From: a virus
Strand: one strand, 5' to 3'
IMG/VR virus record: IMGVR_UViG_3300015370_000568
Span: 1 to 64,000 of that record
Length of the DNA stretch: 64,000 bases
Part shown: positions 26,458 to 34,875 of the stretch, in pieces
Layout: each line of letters opens with the position of its first letter
Position numbering within the stretch: the first letter of the stretch is position 1
Position numbers and translations under genes: made by a program
Notes under the pieces: generated by a model
The model's database searches: none
What the model saw: the letters and a program-made list of their open reading frames with translations, nothing else
Told to the model about the DNA's origin: nothing

Positions 26458-26694
26458 ATGGTTAGATGTCCTCAATGTAATAGTGAAGTCTACTATGTTC
26501 AAGATGTAACTGAGTATCATTCTTTCGACTTGCTAGATAATGATGATGACTTTGTAGACCTAATAGCACTAGTTGACAGTGTTCCTAATAACGATAAAGG
26601 CTATCGTCTTCACTGTAGTCAATGTCCTAATCAACCAACTATGACTGAGCTAAGGCAATATTATGAAAATAAGACTGACTCATGTAACGAATAG
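26458..26694 (+). CDS. small Zn-ribbon protein
   Basis: CPQC ... CSQC; AGGAG RBS. Confidence 0.6.
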   Translation: MVRCPQCNSEVYYVQDVTEYHSFDLLDNDDDFVDLIALVDSVPNNDKGYRLHCSQCPNQPTMTELRQYYENKTDSCNE

Positions 26695-26968
26695 TTCTTC
26701 CTCTTCTTTTGTAGTTTCGCGAGCAGCGATTACTGGGAAGCAACTACAGCTCATTCATAACCATATTCTCATGGCCGAAGAATTGGGGCTTCATAAGAGC
26801 CCTCCATGGCAAATTATTGAAGATGGCCATGTCATAATTGGGACAACCTCTATGGATAACTTTGATATGCATTTCTTCTTGAAACACATTGGGGTTCCTC
26901 TTAATAGAGTCTTCTGGGCTAGAGCCATTCTGAGAAGGGATAGGGATGAATGTCTTTCTTTAGAGTAA
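26663..26968 (+). CDS. MKIRLxHVTNSSSSSF-tag protein 1
   Basis: N-terminal motif shared by six ORFs. Confidence 0.8.
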   Translation: MKIRLTHVTNSSSSSFVVSRAAITGKQLQLIHNHILMAEELGLHKSPPWQIIEDGHVIIGTTSMDNFDMHFFLKHIGVPLNRVFWARAILRRDRDECLSLE

Positions 26969-28026
26969 CAGTAGAAACAGTAGAGAAGGTCTGGCCGCAT
27001 TCAAATGCTGATAGATTAGAGCTAGCCTCTCTTCAGAACATGAGCTTCCAATTCTGTGTACAAAAAGGGTTATGGAAGTCTGGGGATAAGTGTCTCTATT
27101 TCCCAGTTGATTCTCTCCTCCCCGATAAGACAGCTGAGCTACTAGGAGTAAAAGGATTACTCGCTGGGAAAGAAAAGAATAGAATCAAGACAATTAGACT
27201 ACGAGGAGAATACAGCCAAGGTATCATTGGCCCTTGTGACCTAGTCCCTGAGGCTATTGATTATGAACAGCTTACTGAATACTTTGGGGTAGTTAAGTAT
27301 GAACCACCAGTAACAGAAGAGAAGAGTGCCAGGCTTTTCCCTTTACCAGCTTTTGTTCCTACCTATGATATTGAAGGAGCAGATAGATATAAGCTGGCGG
27401 CTGATGAAATGATGGATTTGCCCATAGCTATTACTGAAAAGCTTGAAGGTATGTGTTCCTCTATCAGCTGGAATCCCGCGACAGCAAAGATTCATCTATG
27501 TTCTCATCGAAAAGATGTAGTACCTAAAGAAGATGGCAGTTCCCATTTCTTTTGGACCACAGCTACAAGAATAGGGCTCTTTGATAAGCTAAGAAAGCTA
27601 GTAGAGTTACTACAAAAAGATGGGCTAGCGTTTCAAGATTCAACTGTCTCTATCTTTGGCGAGTTTTGTGGGCCAAGAGCTCAGGGGAATATTTATGGAC
27701 TACCCAAACATGACATCTACTGTTTTGATATCCGAATAGGAGAACAGTGGCTCGACTTCCCTCTTTGGAAAGACTATTGCCTCAAGGTAGGTCTTACTAC
27801 CGTTCCTATCCTTTGGGATGGACGAGGAACATTGAGAGAAGTTCTAGAAGCCTCCAAGGTTGATAGTATTCCAAAGCTATCAGATGGAGAGTCAGTATTA
27901 AGAAAGAATACAAGGCGGGAAGGAATTGTTATCCGGCCAGTTATTGAACAAAGGTCTGAAATTCTTCATGGCCGGCTTCAATTAAAACAACGATCTCCAG
28001 CCTACTTAGCAAAGTCGGAGAACTAA
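26950..28026 (+). CDS. RNA ligase, DRB0094/Rnl5-like
   Basis: HSNADRLELA, LRGEYSQG, TEKLEG, FGEFCG, YCFDI, REGIVIR motifs. Confidence 0.88.
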   Translation: MSFFRVTVETVEKVWPHSNADRLELASLQNMSFQFCVQKGLWKSGDKCLYFPVDSLLPDKTAELLGVKGLLAGKEKNRIKTIRLRGEYSQGIIGPCDLVPEAIDYEQLTEYFGVVKYEPPVTEEKSARLFPLPAFVPTYDIEGADRYKLAADEMMDLPIAITEKLEGMCSSISWNPATAKIHLCSHRKDVVPKEDGSSHFFWTTATRIGLFDKLRKLVELLQKDGLAFQDSTVSIFGEFCGPRAQGNIYGLPKHDIYCFDIRIGEQWLDFPLWKDYCLKVGLTTVPILWDGRGTLREVLEASKVDSIPKLSDGESVLRKNTRREGIVIRPVIEQRSEILHGRLQLKQRSPAYLAKSEN

Positions 28027-28028
28027 AA

Positions 28029-28469
28029 TTGATTCTTGCTATGACTGCTGGTCTCCCTAGTGCTGGGAAGACCACATTTTGTAGACAACAATTACTTACT
28101 AACTACGTCTATATCAGTCCTGAGTTCCTTGCTCCTCAACAAACAGAGCTGCTGATTCGGACATGTATACAGGCAAACCAACAGCTAATAATTGATGCCC
28201 CTAATCTAAGCAGGGATGACCGAGCAAAGTGGCAAAAGTATAAACCTCATGACTGGAAAAGTTACTGCTTCTACTTCCCTCCTAACATAGACGAATGTCT
28301 TGAAAGGAATAGACAACGGGAAAAAGGTAAATTGCCTGCTCATGTAATCTCTAATGCAGCTATGTTCTGGCGTGAGCCAGAATTAGAAGAAGGTTTTCAC
28401 TCGATTTTCAAAGTCACAGTCCTAGCAGAGAAAAACTTTTCAGTACTATGGGAGAAAAGAGATGCCTAA
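28029..28469 (+). CDS. P-loop polynucleotide kinase-like protein (AAA_33)
   Basis: GLPSAGKTT, IIDAPN, CLERNRQR, PELEEGF; coupled to the RNA ligase. Confidence 0.78.
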   Translation: MILAMTAGLPSAGKTTFCRQQLLTNYVYISPEFLAPQQTELLIRTCIQANQQLIIDAPNLSRDDRAKWQKYKPHDWKSYCFYFPPNIDECLERNRQREKGKLPAHVISNAAMFWREPELEEGFHSIFKVTVLAEKNFSVLWEKRDA

Positions 28470-29175
28470 GAAGGATTTTACCGTTGTAGCTTGCATCCTT
28501 GACCGTTCTGGCTCAATGCAAGGCCTTGAAAATGATGTCATTGGTGGCTATAACACCATGCTCAGAGAACAAAAGCTGCTGCCTGGCAAAGCTAAGTTCA
28601 CTCTTGTCCTCTTTGACGATAAGTATGAGCTAGTCTATGACCTTGTACCTCTTCAAAATGTTCCTGAGCTAACTAAGGAAGTGTACTACACTCGTGGATT
28701 CACTCGTTTGGTCGATGCTTGCTGCGAGACTATCGACTCTCTTGGTGCTCAGTTGGATGCAATGTGTGAAGAGGAGAGACCTGAAGCAGTAGTAATCATT
28801 ATCAATACAGACGGGCAGGAGAATGATTCACAAGAGTATTCTTCAGCTCAACTAGCAGAAAAGATTAAGACTCAGCAGGATACCTACAAATGGAAGTTCA
28901 TTTTCCTTGGTGCTAATCAAGATGCTTTTGCTACGGCAAATCAGTTCCACATTCAGAAAGGCGGGACCTATAACTTTGCGGCTAACTCCGCAGGAATCCG
29001 TGCCAGCTATGCTACCTCTTCAACCCAGATTGGAAGAGCAAGAAGAGTATCAATACAGAATATGCAAGAGCTAGGATTTCAGGGCGATATTCTAGCCCAA
29101 GACCCTATCAATCAGGGAGTAGATAGAGATACAACAGGAGACTCCAATGAAGATTCGTCTAGCTCATGTAACTAA
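28462..29175 (+). CDS. von Willebrand factor A domain protein
   Basis: ILDRSGSM MIDAS motif, TDGQEN, FLGANQDA. Confidence 0.88.
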   Translation: MPKKDFTVVACILDRSGSMQGLENDVIGGYNTMLREQKLLPGKAKFTLVLFDDKYELVYDLVPLQNVPELTKEVYYTRGFTRLVDACCETIDSLGAQLDAMCEEERPEAVVIIINTDGQENDSQEYSSAQLAEKIKTQQDTYKWKFIFLGANQDAFATANQFHIQKGGTYNFAANSAGIRASYATSSTQIGRARRVSIQNMQELGFQGDILAQDPINQGVDRDTTGDSNEDSSSSCN

Positions 29176-29656
29176 CTCATCTTCTAGTAGCTTTCTAGTA
29201 GCTTTTCCTGAAGAGCAGCCAGATACTCCTGAGAAGATGCAAAAGCTTCTGTTTGGAGAACAAGAACTACTTTACCAGACATTTGAAGATGAACCCTGGC
29301 CTACAGAGGAACTAGCTAGAGCAGTATTAGAAAGCCGGCAAACAGTTAAGACTATACCTCTTGAAGTAGAAGCTGTTGTAGCAATGCTAGTTACAGGCTA
29401 TGGCTCATGGAATCATCTTGCAGAAGACCTTACTCAAGGAATGAGTCTAGACGAAAAGTGCAAAAGTTGGCAGGCAATCACAGATTTTGAAGCAGACAAA
29501 GTAGCAAGAGCTTTTATTGAACAAGTCTTACGAAGATTTCCTAAGACTAAAGAGCTTGAAGTCTACGAGTTTGCTGATGAAACTCCTTTAGGTAGTGCAT
29601 TAGAATACAGTAGTGTCTTCAGTACTCTTCCTCATATAACAATTAGTCATCACTAG
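29147..29656 (+). CDS. MKIRLxHVTNSSSSSF-tag protein 2
   Basis: Shared N-terminal motif. Confidence 0.8.
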   Translation: MKIRLAHVTNSSSSSFLVAFPEEQPDTPEKMQKLLFGEQELLYQTFEDEPWPTEELARAVLESRQTVKTIPLEVEAVVAMLVTGYGSWNHLAEDLTQGMSLDEKCKSWQAITDFEADKVARAFIEQVLRRFPKTKELEVYEFADETPLGSALEYSSVFSTLPHITISHH

Positions 29657-29664
29657 GAGCATCA

Positions 29665-30471
29665 ATGATTCCTCATCTAGACGTAGAGAAGGCTTGTGAC
29701 CAAATCGTCAGAGAATACACAGACTTTCTCTCCAAGACGTGGGTTCGTAGACCAGTAGTTGGTATCTCAGGCGGAATTGATTCAGCTGTAGCTGCTGCTT
29801 TATCTTTACGAGCTACTAGAAAGTTCAATACACAGCCGCCTGTATTAGTACATCTTCCAATGGACCATTGTTCCTCTAATGACTCTCTTTTAAGAGCCAG
29901 AGAACTAGCTGTTTCCTTAGGTCTCTATATGAAAGAAGTTTCAATTACCTCAATAGTTAGAGCCTGTGACATAGCCTTTTCAAATGTAGGAATTCTAGGA
30001 CGTTCCTATGTCTCAGACAAGTTTCAGCTGGGAAACATTATGGCCCGAGTAAGAATGATTTCCCTTTGGGCTCTTGCTCGAGCAGAGTCAGGTTTTGTTG
30101 TCGGCACGGGAAATAGAACAGAAACTCTGCTAGGCTACTGTACTCTTCATGGTGATGATGCTTGTATCATTAACCCATTGGCTGGTCTCTACAAGCAATG
30201 GGTATATGAACTGGCAGAGTATCTAAAAATTTCTGAATCAATCATCAAAGCTCCTCCATCGGCAGAACTTTGGTCAGGACAGACAGATGAACAAGAGTTA
30301 GGTTTTTCGTATGAAATTGCCGATGAAGTCTGCTATGCTCATGACCATCTCAATTATCCTTTGCAGGAGGTTACTCAAAGTATTAAAGATGTTATTGCTC
30401 AAATCAATAGAACATCCTTTAAGAGAGAAGTTCCCTATAATCTAGGAACTAAACTTCCGTTGGCCCTGTAG
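29665..30471 (+). CDS. nadE: NH3-dependent NAD+ synthetase
   Basis: GISGGIDS, NIMARVRM, GTGNRTE, GYCTLHGD, PPSAELWSGQTDEQELG. Confidence 0.93.
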   Translation: MIPHLDVEKACDQIVREYTDFLSKTWVRRPVVGISGGIDSAVAAALSLRATRKFNTQPPVLVHLPMDHCSSNDSLLRARELAVSLGLYMKEVSITSIVRACDIAFSNVGILGRSYVSDKFQLGNIMARVRMISLWALARAESGFVVGTGNRTETLLGYCTLHGDDACIINPLAGLYKQWVYELAEYLKISESIIKAPPSAELWSGQTDEQELGFSYEIADEVCYAHDHLNYPLQEVTQSIKDVIAQINRTSFKREVPYNLGTKLPLAL

Positions 30472-30536
30472 CTCAAGGGTGGCAGCTCTGGTCTTATAAA
30501 CCAGGGGAGGTAGTTCGAGTCTACCCAGGGTCACCA
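30462..30536 (+). tRNA. tRNA-Ile(TAT)
   Basis: CTGGT-CTTATAA-ACCAG; CCA. Confidence 0.88.
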
Positions 30537-30582
30537 GAAAAGATAATTGACCAGATACTAAAAAAAGATAGAATAAAAAGTA

Positions 30583-30656
30583 CGACTCATAGGATAACGG
30601 TAGTCCGTATCTCTGATAAGGATAAAGAGGTAGTTCGACTCTACCTGAGTCGACCA
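30583..30656 (+). tRNA. tRNA-Ile(GAT)
   Basis: TATCT-CTGATAA-GGATA; CCA. Confidence 0.88.
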
Positions 30657-30663
30657 GGAAAAT

Positions 30664-30739
30664 GGGGTCGTAGCTCAATTGGGAGAGCACCTGACTTGCA
30701 CTCAGGAGGTTGCCGGTTCGATTCCGGCCGACTCCACCA
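30664..30739 (+). tRNA. tRNA-Ala(TGC)
   Basis: G3:U70 pair; CTTGCAC loop; CCA. Confidence 0.94.
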
Positions 30740-30741
30740 GT

Positions 30742-30816
30742 AGGGTATTAGTGTAGAGGTTAGCACGGTAGATTGTCGATCTACAGTCAGGAGTTCAATT
30801 CTCCTATACCCTGCCA
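30742..30816 (+). tRNA. tRNA-Asp(GTC)
   Basis: GTAGA-TTGTCGA-TCTAC; G73; CCA. Confidence 0.9.
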
Positions 30817-30830
30817 AAGAAAGAAGTTAT

Positions 30831-30906
30831 GCCCTAGTAGCACAGAGGCCAGTGCAGGAGTTTTGTAAACTCAAGGTCGGCGGTTCAAATCCGTCCTAGG
30901 GCTCCA
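30831..30906 (+). tRNA. tRNA-Thr(TGT)
   Basis: GAGT-TTTGTAA-ACTC; CCA. Confidence 0.9.
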
Positions 30907-30907
30907 T

Positions 30908-30984
30908 ACGCCCATAGCTCAACTGGATAGAGTAATGGGTTTCTACCCCATAGGTTGTAGGTTCAAGTCCTACTGGGCGTACCA
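30908..30984 (+). tRNA. tRNA-Arg(TCT)
   Basis: ATGGG-TTTCTAC-CCCAT; CCA. Confidence 0.9.
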
Positions 30985-31174
30985 AAAAGGTATTCAAGAT
31001 GTGTGAGTTATCAGAAAGACAACTAGCTGAAGGAGAAAGGTATCTCCGGCTTTGGCAAGAAACCTCTCAAGAAATGTGGCTAGTCTATTTAGAAAAATGG
31101 CTATGGGATTATCATGAAGCTCTCATTTCTATGGCTAGACAGCAACTAAATACTCAGAAAATAAGATAGAGTAA

Positions 31175-32245
31175 GTGAGAAAAATAACTTTACTCATACA
31201 CTTAGTAGTATTTTTCTTTCCTCTAACTACTATAGCAAGATCTTCTGTAATTGTACTTCCTTCTATAAATAAAGAAACTAAAATGGCTAGTCCTCAGTGG
31301 CATTATCTTGTAGAAGGAATCATTGTTCAGCAACTACTTACTGAAAAATCTCCTTGGTCTGTAAGTAGTTTATCTTCTATAATAGAGCAATTAGAAACTG
31401 AAAAGGCTAAACAATTGGCTCTATGTACAGAAGATAGAGGGCGCCACGAGCCTCGAGCCATTCCGCATGGAGCTCCGCTCCCTGGGCGCCCGCTTCGCCA
31501 CACATGCTCACGAGTGGGTGGAGCGCCAGGGCACGCGCCTCTCCCTCCCGGCCGGTGCCTCCCTCGAGGGCCAGGCCACGGTGCAGCCGGGCGGCACGGA
31601 GATCGAGCTGCGGGGCTCCCTGGACGGACAGGGCCTCTCCCTGGCCGCCCAGCTCCCGGCCCTGGACCTGCCCTTCGCCAACGGCACGGCGAGCCTCGTC
31701 TCCGATCCCCTGGCCAAGGTGGCCCGGCTGGCCGGCGGCGCCGGGCAGATCAAGGTCCCCCACGACAATCGACTGAACATGGCCGCGGGCACCATCGAGG
31801 CCTGGGCAGACTGAAGAGGAGGATGACGATGGGACGAGAGACAGTGAGGAAGGGATACCAGCCGTCCTCCGGCAAGAAGCCGATGACGGAGGGGTATCAG
31901 CCGTCCCGCCGGTCAGCAGATGCGAGCCACACGTTCGTGGCTCCGAAACCTCCGCGTCCGCGTCCCTCCTCGAACGGAAAGTCCCACTCCAGGTCTGTTC
32001 AAGAGCTTCGTAAAAGACTACCAAATCTTGAAAAAGATCTTGTTCAGATTCCTATATCAGAAGATCACTATAAAACAATAGGATTGTTAGAAATTGATTC
32101 TGAAGGAATCTTAATTGGAATCCCAGGAGCCAGGGGTATGTCTCCGAACGCCAAAATGGAGCCTATAGTAAGATATCAGCTTCAAAAATCAGGGTTTTAT
32201 CTAAAGCTTGAAAAGCTTAAGAAGGATTCAAAGACCAATATGTAA
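31175..32245 (+). CDS. signal-peptide protein interrupted in frame by a GC-rich insert (chimeric or pseudogene)
   Basis: Hydrophobic N-terminus; AT-rich flanks; the central G/P/R-rich translation comes from off-frame reading of foreign DNA. Confidence 0.55.
   Translation: MRKITLLIHLVVFFFPLTTIARSSVIVLPSINKETKMASPQWHYLVEGIIVQQLLTEKSPWSVSSLSSIIEQLETEKAKQLALCTEDRGRHEPRAIPHGAPLPGRPLRHTCSRVGGAPGHAPLPPGRCLPRGPGHGAAGRHGDRAAGLPGRTGPLPGRPAPGPGPALRQRHGEPRLRSPGQGGPAGRRRRADQGPPRQSTEHGRGHHRGLGRLKRRMTMGRETVRKGYQPSSGKKPMTEGYQPSRRSADASHTFVAPKPPRPRPSSNGKSHSRSVQELRKRLPNLEKDLVQIPISEDHYKTIGLLEIDSEGILIGIPGARGMSPNAKMEPIVRYQLQKSGFYLKLEKLKKDSKTNM
31440..31993 (+). other. GC-rich foreign (host-like) DNA fragment
   Basis: Sharp GC jump; contains the 3' end of a gene (stop 31814), RBS GAGGAGG, and the start of a GYQP-repeat small protein at 31823; boundaries approximate. 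Confidence 0.85.
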
Positions 32246-32260
32246 TTCTCGATAGCAATT

Positions 32261-32336
32261 GGGTCTGTAACTCAAATGATAGAGTTCCGCCCTTTTAAGG
32301 CGGGGGTTCTGGGTTTGAATCCCAGCAGGCCCACCA
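32261..32336 (+). tRNA. tRNA-Lys(TTT)
   Basis: CCGCC-CTTTTAA-GGCGG; CCA. Confidence 0.92.
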
Positions 32337-32358
32337 CTTAACTATTAAGGAAAGAAAT

Positions 32359-32562
32359 ATGCGCTATTTCCTTCTCCTAGCTTCCTTACTATTCCTCTCC
32401 TGTGATATAGACCTTTCCTCTCAAGCAACAAGACAAGTAATCAAACAGTGCTTAATAGCACAGGAAGAGGGATATCTTACCTGTCAGCTAAGAATCATTG
32501 GACAAGTTCCAAATATATCTTGTCTATGTAAAACAGTACCTCTATTAGAAACAGGCCCGTAG
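32359..32562 (+). CDS. small putative lipoprotein
   Basis: MRYFLLLASLLFLSC lipobox-like N-terminus; stop codon inside tRNA-Gln. Confidence 0.55.
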   Translation: MRYFLLLASLLFLSCDIDLSSQATRQVIKQCLIAQEEGYLTCQLRIIGQVPNISCLCKTVPLLETGP

Positions 32563-32626
32563 TGTAATGATAACATTGAGGAATTTGGCTCCTCAGTTGT
32601 GGGTTTGAATCCTACCGGGCCTGCCA
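32553..32626 (+). tRNA. tRNA-Gln(TTG)
   Basis: GAGGA-ATTTGGC-TCCTC; G73; CCA. Confidence 0.88.
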
Positions 32627-32644
32627 TTTTTAGAAAGGTTCTCG

Positions 32645-33769
32645 ATGAATACACTATATCTTCCAGCTCTCTATCATCAAGGTTCTAAAGGAGCCATAGT
32701 TCAATGGCAAGTATGGACAGTAAATGATGAAATCCATACTCTCTATGGACAAGTAGATGGCAAACAGCAACAGGCTATGAAGAAAGCAGTAGGAAAGAAT
32801 ACTGGAAAGGCTAATGCTACTACTGCAGAAGAACAAGCTCAACTAGAAGCTAAAGCTATGTGGACAAAACGTCTTGAAGGTAAATATAGTGAGACAATAG
32901 AAGAAGCCAAAGAGACAGTCTTCTTACCAATGCTTGCTCATAAGTTTGCAGACTATAAGAAGAATTTAGTCTATCCTGTAGATGTTCAACCAAAGCTGGA
33001 TGGTCTTCGTTGTCTTGTGTTTTGGCGAAAAAACAGAGTTTGTTTTTTAAGTAGAGGTGGGAAGGATTATACTTCTCTAGACCATCTAGGTAAGAAAATT
33101 GCCTGCTGGCTACCTAAAGATTTCATTCTCGACGGCGAACTCTATCTCCACGGTCTTACCCTTCAAGAAATTAACCGACGAGTTAAAAAGTATAGACCAG
33201 GAAAGACAGAAGAGATTCAGTACTGGTGCTATGATGGTTTTCCTCTATCAGACCATGATACTCTTCCTTGGCAGCTACGCTTTGCAAGTCTACGAGGTCT
33301 ATGGTCCTCTATCGAGGCAGAAGAAAGAGACCAGTGCAGACTAGTCAGAACAACCACTGTTGATAATGAGGCTGATGTTCTCACTCTTCAACAAGAATAT
33401 ATGCAGACAGGATTTGAAGGAGCTATTGTTCGAGCTCGTACTGGTCCTAATGTCTTCTATACTCTTGGTCATAGAAACCAAGGACTATTAAAAGTAAAGT
33501 CTTTTGATGATACTGAGTTCCCAGTAATAGGCTTCAAGGAAGGTGTTGGCCGATTTGAAAAGGCAGTTGTCTGGACTTGTAAACTGCCCTCTGGCGAAAC
33601 ATTTGACTGTGTTCCTAAAGGCACTATGGAACAAAAGCGAGAATGGTTTGCCAACGGACATAAGTACATAGGCAAACTGCTTACAGTCAAACATCAAGGG
33701 ACTTCTGAAACAGGCGTCCCTCTATTCCCAGTTGGCTTAGGCTTCCGACTTGAAGAAGACCTACCGTAA
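32645..33769 (+). CDS. ATP-dependent DNA ligase
   Basis: PMLA, QPKLDGLRC, LDGELY, FEGAIVR, LLKVK, PLFPV. Confidence 0.92.
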   Translation: MNTLYLPALYHQGSKGAIVQWQVWTVNDEIHTLYGQVDGKQQQAMKKAVGKNTGKANATTAEEQAQLEAKAMWTKRLEGKYSETIEEAKETVFLPMLAHKFADYKKNLVYPVDVQPKLDGLRCLVFWRKNRVCFLSRGGKDYTSLDHLGKKIACWLPKDFILDGELYLHGLTLQEINRRVKKYRPGKTEEIQYWCYDGFPLSDHDTLPWQLRFASLRGLWSSIEAEERDQCRLVRTTTVDNEADVLTLQQEYMQTGFEGAIVRARTGPNVFYTLGHRNQGLLKVKSFDDTEFPVIGFKEGVGRFEKAVVWTCKLPSGETFDCVPKGTMEQKREWFANGHKYIGKLLTVKHQGTSETGVPLFPVGLGFRLEEDLP

Positions 33770-34019
33770 GAAAGGATACTCTATGCCCTACAATGCTTTG
33801 AAATGGAAGAAAGGTCCCGACCTTAAGCAAATCAGTCTCTGCTTCAAGGATGAAGAAGGTGAATGGGAACCCATTGTCACACTCTTCCCTATGATTCAAC
33901 CAGGGAATAAGATTCTCTGGTGGGAAGCCACCATTGTTACCTCTTCATGGGCTGGCTCTTGGCGTACTCTCAAGGAAGCTAAGCAAGCAGTAGAAGCCTA
34001 TGTAAAGACTTGGTATTAG
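33750..34019 (+). CDS. hypothetical protein
   Basis: ORF ending TLKEAKQAVE. Confidence 0.55.
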   Translation: MKKTYRKKGYSMPYNALKWKKGPDLKQISLCFKDEEGEWEPIVTLFPMIQPGNKILWWEATIVTSSWAGSWRTLKEAKQAVEAYVKTWY

Positions 34020-34032
34020 AAAGGAAAGAGCA

Positions 34033-34239
34033 TTGATTGTCTGTGTAAATTGTAAACAAGAAATGCAATGTACTAAGAATGGAGTAGGCATTGACTTTGG
34101 CAATGGACATATCTATGCCGGGGATAAATACTCCTGTTCTCAGTGCAATGCTACAATCATTCGAACTAACGCTGCCTCACATCATGACCCTGAATATACT
34201 TTTCATGATGAATATCTAAGAATGCCAGCCCTATTATGA
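34033..34239 (+). CDS. small Zn-ribbon protein
   Basis: CVNC ... CSQC. Confidence 0.6.
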   Translation: MIVCVNCKQEMQCTKNGVGIDFGNGHIYAGDKYSCSQCNATIIRTNAASHHDPEYTFHDEYLRMPALL

Positions 34240-34859
34240 GACGATTAGAATATTCCATAGTAGCTGAGTTTACAGCATTACCTCATGATATCAGAGATAT
34301 AGACTATTGGAGTAACCAAGTTCCTCTAGGCATTACTATTTCTGAACCAGGGGACCATGACTATATCTATCTAGCAGTAGAAGAAGAGTTACCTAATCAT
34401 ACTCCTACAGACCCAGACCAACCTTGTCTGGACTGTCCTATTAGAGAAGAGGACAGCTGTCCTTTCTGGTGCCAGTTTGCCTATAAAGGGCAGGTATTAC
34501 ATGCTTCAGGAATTCTCACTCAGAAAGAATTTGACAAGTGGGTAAGTAATCTGTACTTAGTTGCAGATAGTACTGAGACAATGGGTACTTTAGGAGGTCC
34601 TTTAGCTCCTTGGGGAGGAGTAGTTCCAGATATAGTTTTTCAGTATGAGTCTCAGACAGTTATTGCTTCCATTCGTGTAACTCCTTTTGTAGTAGATGAG
34701 AATAGAGAAGGGGTTCCTATTCCTTGGCGCGAAATGAACAATAACGATTTACTTAAAGCCTATCTAGGCCAAATGACTAGAGAACAATACATGCATAGAA
34801 GAGCAGAACGGTTCTGGATACGACTTAAGAAAGCAATCTGTCAAAAGTATCAGCCCTAA
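34236..34859 (+). CDS. hypothetical protein
   Basis: ATGA-coupled ORF. Confidence 0.6.
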   Translation: MRRLEYSIVAEFTALPHDIRDIDYWSNQVPLGITISEPGDHDYIYLAVEEELPNHTPTDPDQPCLDCPIREEDSCPFWCQFAYKGQVLHASGILTQKEFDKWVSNLYLVADSTETMGTLGGPLAPWGGVVPDIVFQYESQTVIASIRVTPFVVDENREGVPIPWREMNNNDLLKAYLGQMTREQYMHRRAERFWIRLKKAICQKYQP

Positions 34860-34875
34860 CTCTATTGGAGAAGAT

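Noticed and set aside
22042-30690. ORFs 22042..22326, 25531..25725, 25840..26094 and 30442..30690
   Set aside because: They overlap tRNA genes extensively and are spurious translations
31407-32024. Minus-strand and extra-frame ORFs in the GC-rich insert; insert as an IS element
   Set aside because: High GC keeps frames open; only the frame ending at 31814 and the start at 31823 look genuine; no transposase, inverted repeats or clear target duplication
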